Assembly: GCA_040264395.1 (NCBI GenBank)
Contig: JBDQII010000001.1
Location: forward strand, 1 to 48,986
Origin: Verrucomicrobiota bacterium
Lineage (GTDB): Bacteria; Verrucomicrobiota; Verrucomicrobiia; Limisphaerales; AAA164-E04
DNA: 48,986 nucleotides
Reading direction: 5' to 3'
Shown: positions 47,519 to 48,986 of the stretch, one piece after another
Layout: every line of letters begins with the position of its first letter
How positions within the stretch are numbered: position 1 is the first letter of the stretch
Made by a program: the position numbers and the translations under genes
The notes under the pieces: model-generated
Told to the model about the DNA's origin: nothing
Databases searched by the model: none
The model's input: the letters and a program-made list of their open reading frames with translations, nothing else

Positions 47519-48907
47519 TCAACCAAGACAACCGAAGAACGTCAGGTATGGCTTTTTCTTGGCAAGACGATGCACCAGCAATGCCAACTCGCGCAGGTGA
47601 TAGTCCCCCCACATGGAACTCTCTCCACATGGAATCTTTTTGCCACGAGGAATATGATCCCAGCCATTGGGTCGATGATAGACCGAATGGAGAAGCAGTC
47701 CCTGATGCTTTTCATTGGTTGAAATGTAAGGCTCTTCCAGCAATGAGGAAGTAACGGTAAGCCCAGCTTGGTAATATCGCCTGCCTTCGGATTTTTTTCC
47801 CTTGGATTGCAGGTATTTCCCAAGTCGAACCAAACCTTGAGCCGCGATGGCAGCAGCAGAGCTGTCCACGGGCTCCCAATCATTATAGGGATCCGAAGTC
47901 TTATCTAAATAATCACCCAGTCGATGCAAGTTTGGCGCACCGGTATCCCACATGGGGATGCCGTCCGCACACGTATTCCCCAGGTAGAAGTCGGATGTCG
48001 CAGTTGCAGCATTGAGCATCATGGCTTCGATGCTTTTGCGACCACCCAAAGGTCTGAGTTCCTTGTCAGAAAGTATCTTTAGAAATTCAAGTTGCTCGGC
48101 GTACCCACAGATGGCCCAGGCCAATCCGCGCGTCCATGTACTGAAAGGGGAATACCCTTGCTGTGAATTCGGGCAACGGTAATTGCCATCCTTCAGATTG
48201 AAGACACTTTCATGAGCGGTGCGACCTCGAATATCGTAAAAATCACGCCCTTCACCGTAATACACACCGTAATCGGCAGTGCTTTGAGCGTGCTCGATGA
48301 GACGTTGCAATAACGAAACAGGCTGATCATTTTCAGCCATCAAAACATGACCCAGACGATGTGCCAGACCCAAAGCGCGCATGGATCGGATGGTATCAAT
48401 AAAAAGAGAATGAGGACCATTGAATGAATGAACAAACCCTCCACCCCTGGCGATGGGTGTCCAACGCGAGGCCTGCACCGCACCCGACACTTTGAGTGCA
48501 AGCTCATAAAAGTTGCGTTCGAATTCATTGTTCGCAGTGCGGTTTTCGCGTATCAGGCGCAATAGATTGCCATAGGTTGAAACGTTGTTGAACCCATGAT
48601 CATGCACCCCGATGTGGGAAACATGAGTCGCCATGCGTTGAACGGTTTGTGTGCGACCTATCTTGAGAAATGGCTTTTGGTTGGTGGCGTCGTATTGCAG
48701 AACTGCAGAACCAAACTGAAATCCTTGGGTCCACTCAGTCCAACCACGTGTCGCGTATTTGCCGCGTACGGTGAACACCGGCGTACCCTGCGAAGATTTC
48801 CAAGTTTTTTCGATACTCAGGATCTTCTTCCCGGAAAGATCGAACATACGCTCCAAAGCCGGAACCATTTTTCCAGGCGTCAATTTTGTATCAATTTTAA
48901 TGGCCAT
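47519..48907 (-). CDS. Six-hairpin glycosidase, GH88-like (unsaturated glucuronyl hydrolase-like)
   Basis: WTEWTQGFQFG, HDHGF, TRGLAWAICGYAE, DSSAAAIAAQGL and WGDYHLRELA resemble GH88/GH105 conserved blocks. An in-frame stop 18 nt upstream fixes the ATG at 48907. Confidence 0.6.
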   Translation of the reverse strand: MAIKIDTKLTPGKMVPALERMFDLSGKKILSIEKTWKSSQGTPVFTVRGKYATRGWTEWTQGFQFGSAVLQYDATNQKPFLKIGRTQTVQRMATHVSHIGVHDHGFNNVSTYGNLLRLIRENRTANNEFERNFYELALKVSGAVQASRWTPIARGGGFVHSFNGPHSLFIDTIRSMRALGLAHRLGHVLMAENDQPVSLLQRLIEHAQSTADYGVYYGEGRDFYDIRGRTAHESVFNLKDGNYRCPNSQQGYSPFSTWTRGLAWAICGYAEQLEFLKILSDKELRPLGGRKSIEAMMLNAATATSDFYLGNTCADGIPMWDTGAPNLHRLGDYLDKTSDPYNDWEPVDSSAAAIAAQGLVRLGKYLQSKGKKSEGRRYYQAGLTVTSSLLEEPYISTNEKHQGLLLHSVYHRPNGWDHIPRGKKIPCGESSMWGDYHLRELALLVHRLAKKKPYLTFFGCLG

Positions 48908-48986
48908 AATCTCAAGCTGTACGAATCAATCATTAAGAGTCTCCTTGCATCAAATACGGGTGGAACACTCAACAAAGTAGCTATAC

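Noticed and set aside
48880-48933. A 17-codon upstream ORF (MIDSYSLRLWPLKLIQN) preceded by a perfect AAGGAG at 7-nt spacing. It overlaps the GH88-like start codon out of frame.
   Set aside because: This could be a leader peptide or just the SD-like element of the region. A single short ORF with no conservation data is not enough to call it.
1-48986. A search by eye for tRNA T-loop-like GGTTCGAATCC motifs, rRNA, CRISPR-like spaced repeats, IS inverted repeats, and transposase, integrase, toxin-antitoxin or defence-system genes.
   Set aside because: I found nothing convincing. The few GGTTCGA-like strings lie inside well-supported CDSs. A proper tRNAscan, Infernal or repeat-finder run is still needed to exclude small RNAs.

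Overview
This 49-kb window looks like ordinary chromosome from a member of the PVC superphylum (Verrucomicrobiota, Planctomycetota or Lentisphaerota type). That call rests only on gene content. The window holds two copies of the lineage-typical cytochrome-like plus sulfatase-fold gene pairs: DUF1549/DUF1553 with DUF1501, and the DUF1592 family with DUF1552 (HXXSHH). It also holds a prepilin-type H-X9-DG protein, a giant secreted protein built from lamin-tail domains and a CotH-like domain, and many genes for degrading sulfated or acidic glycans: two sulfatases, a formylglycine-generating enzyme, a GH33 sialidase, a PL10-like pectate lyase, a GH88-like hydrolase and a ThuA-like protein. Housekeeping genes (ruvA, ruvC, argH, lipoate ligase-like, MidA-like methyltransferase) are interspersed. 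I support 37 CDSs, the first cut off by the window edge, and 2 decayed gene relics (an AIM24 paralogue and a sulfatase). I saw no tRNA, rRNA, CRISPR array, transposase or integrase, but I could not run a covariance or repeat search. The candidates for undescribed biology are: (i) a tightly coupled four-gene envelope operon of pseudopilin-like protein, 746-aa orphan surface protein with a PEP-CTERM-like tail, His/Met-motif lipoprotein and di-heme peroxidase; (ii) a eukaryote-type UMP-CMP kinase fused to an orphan N-terminal domain; (iii) a DUF1552 / orphan 398-aa secreted protein / DUF1592-family operon. All functional calls come from motifs read by eye in the translations. No database search was run.
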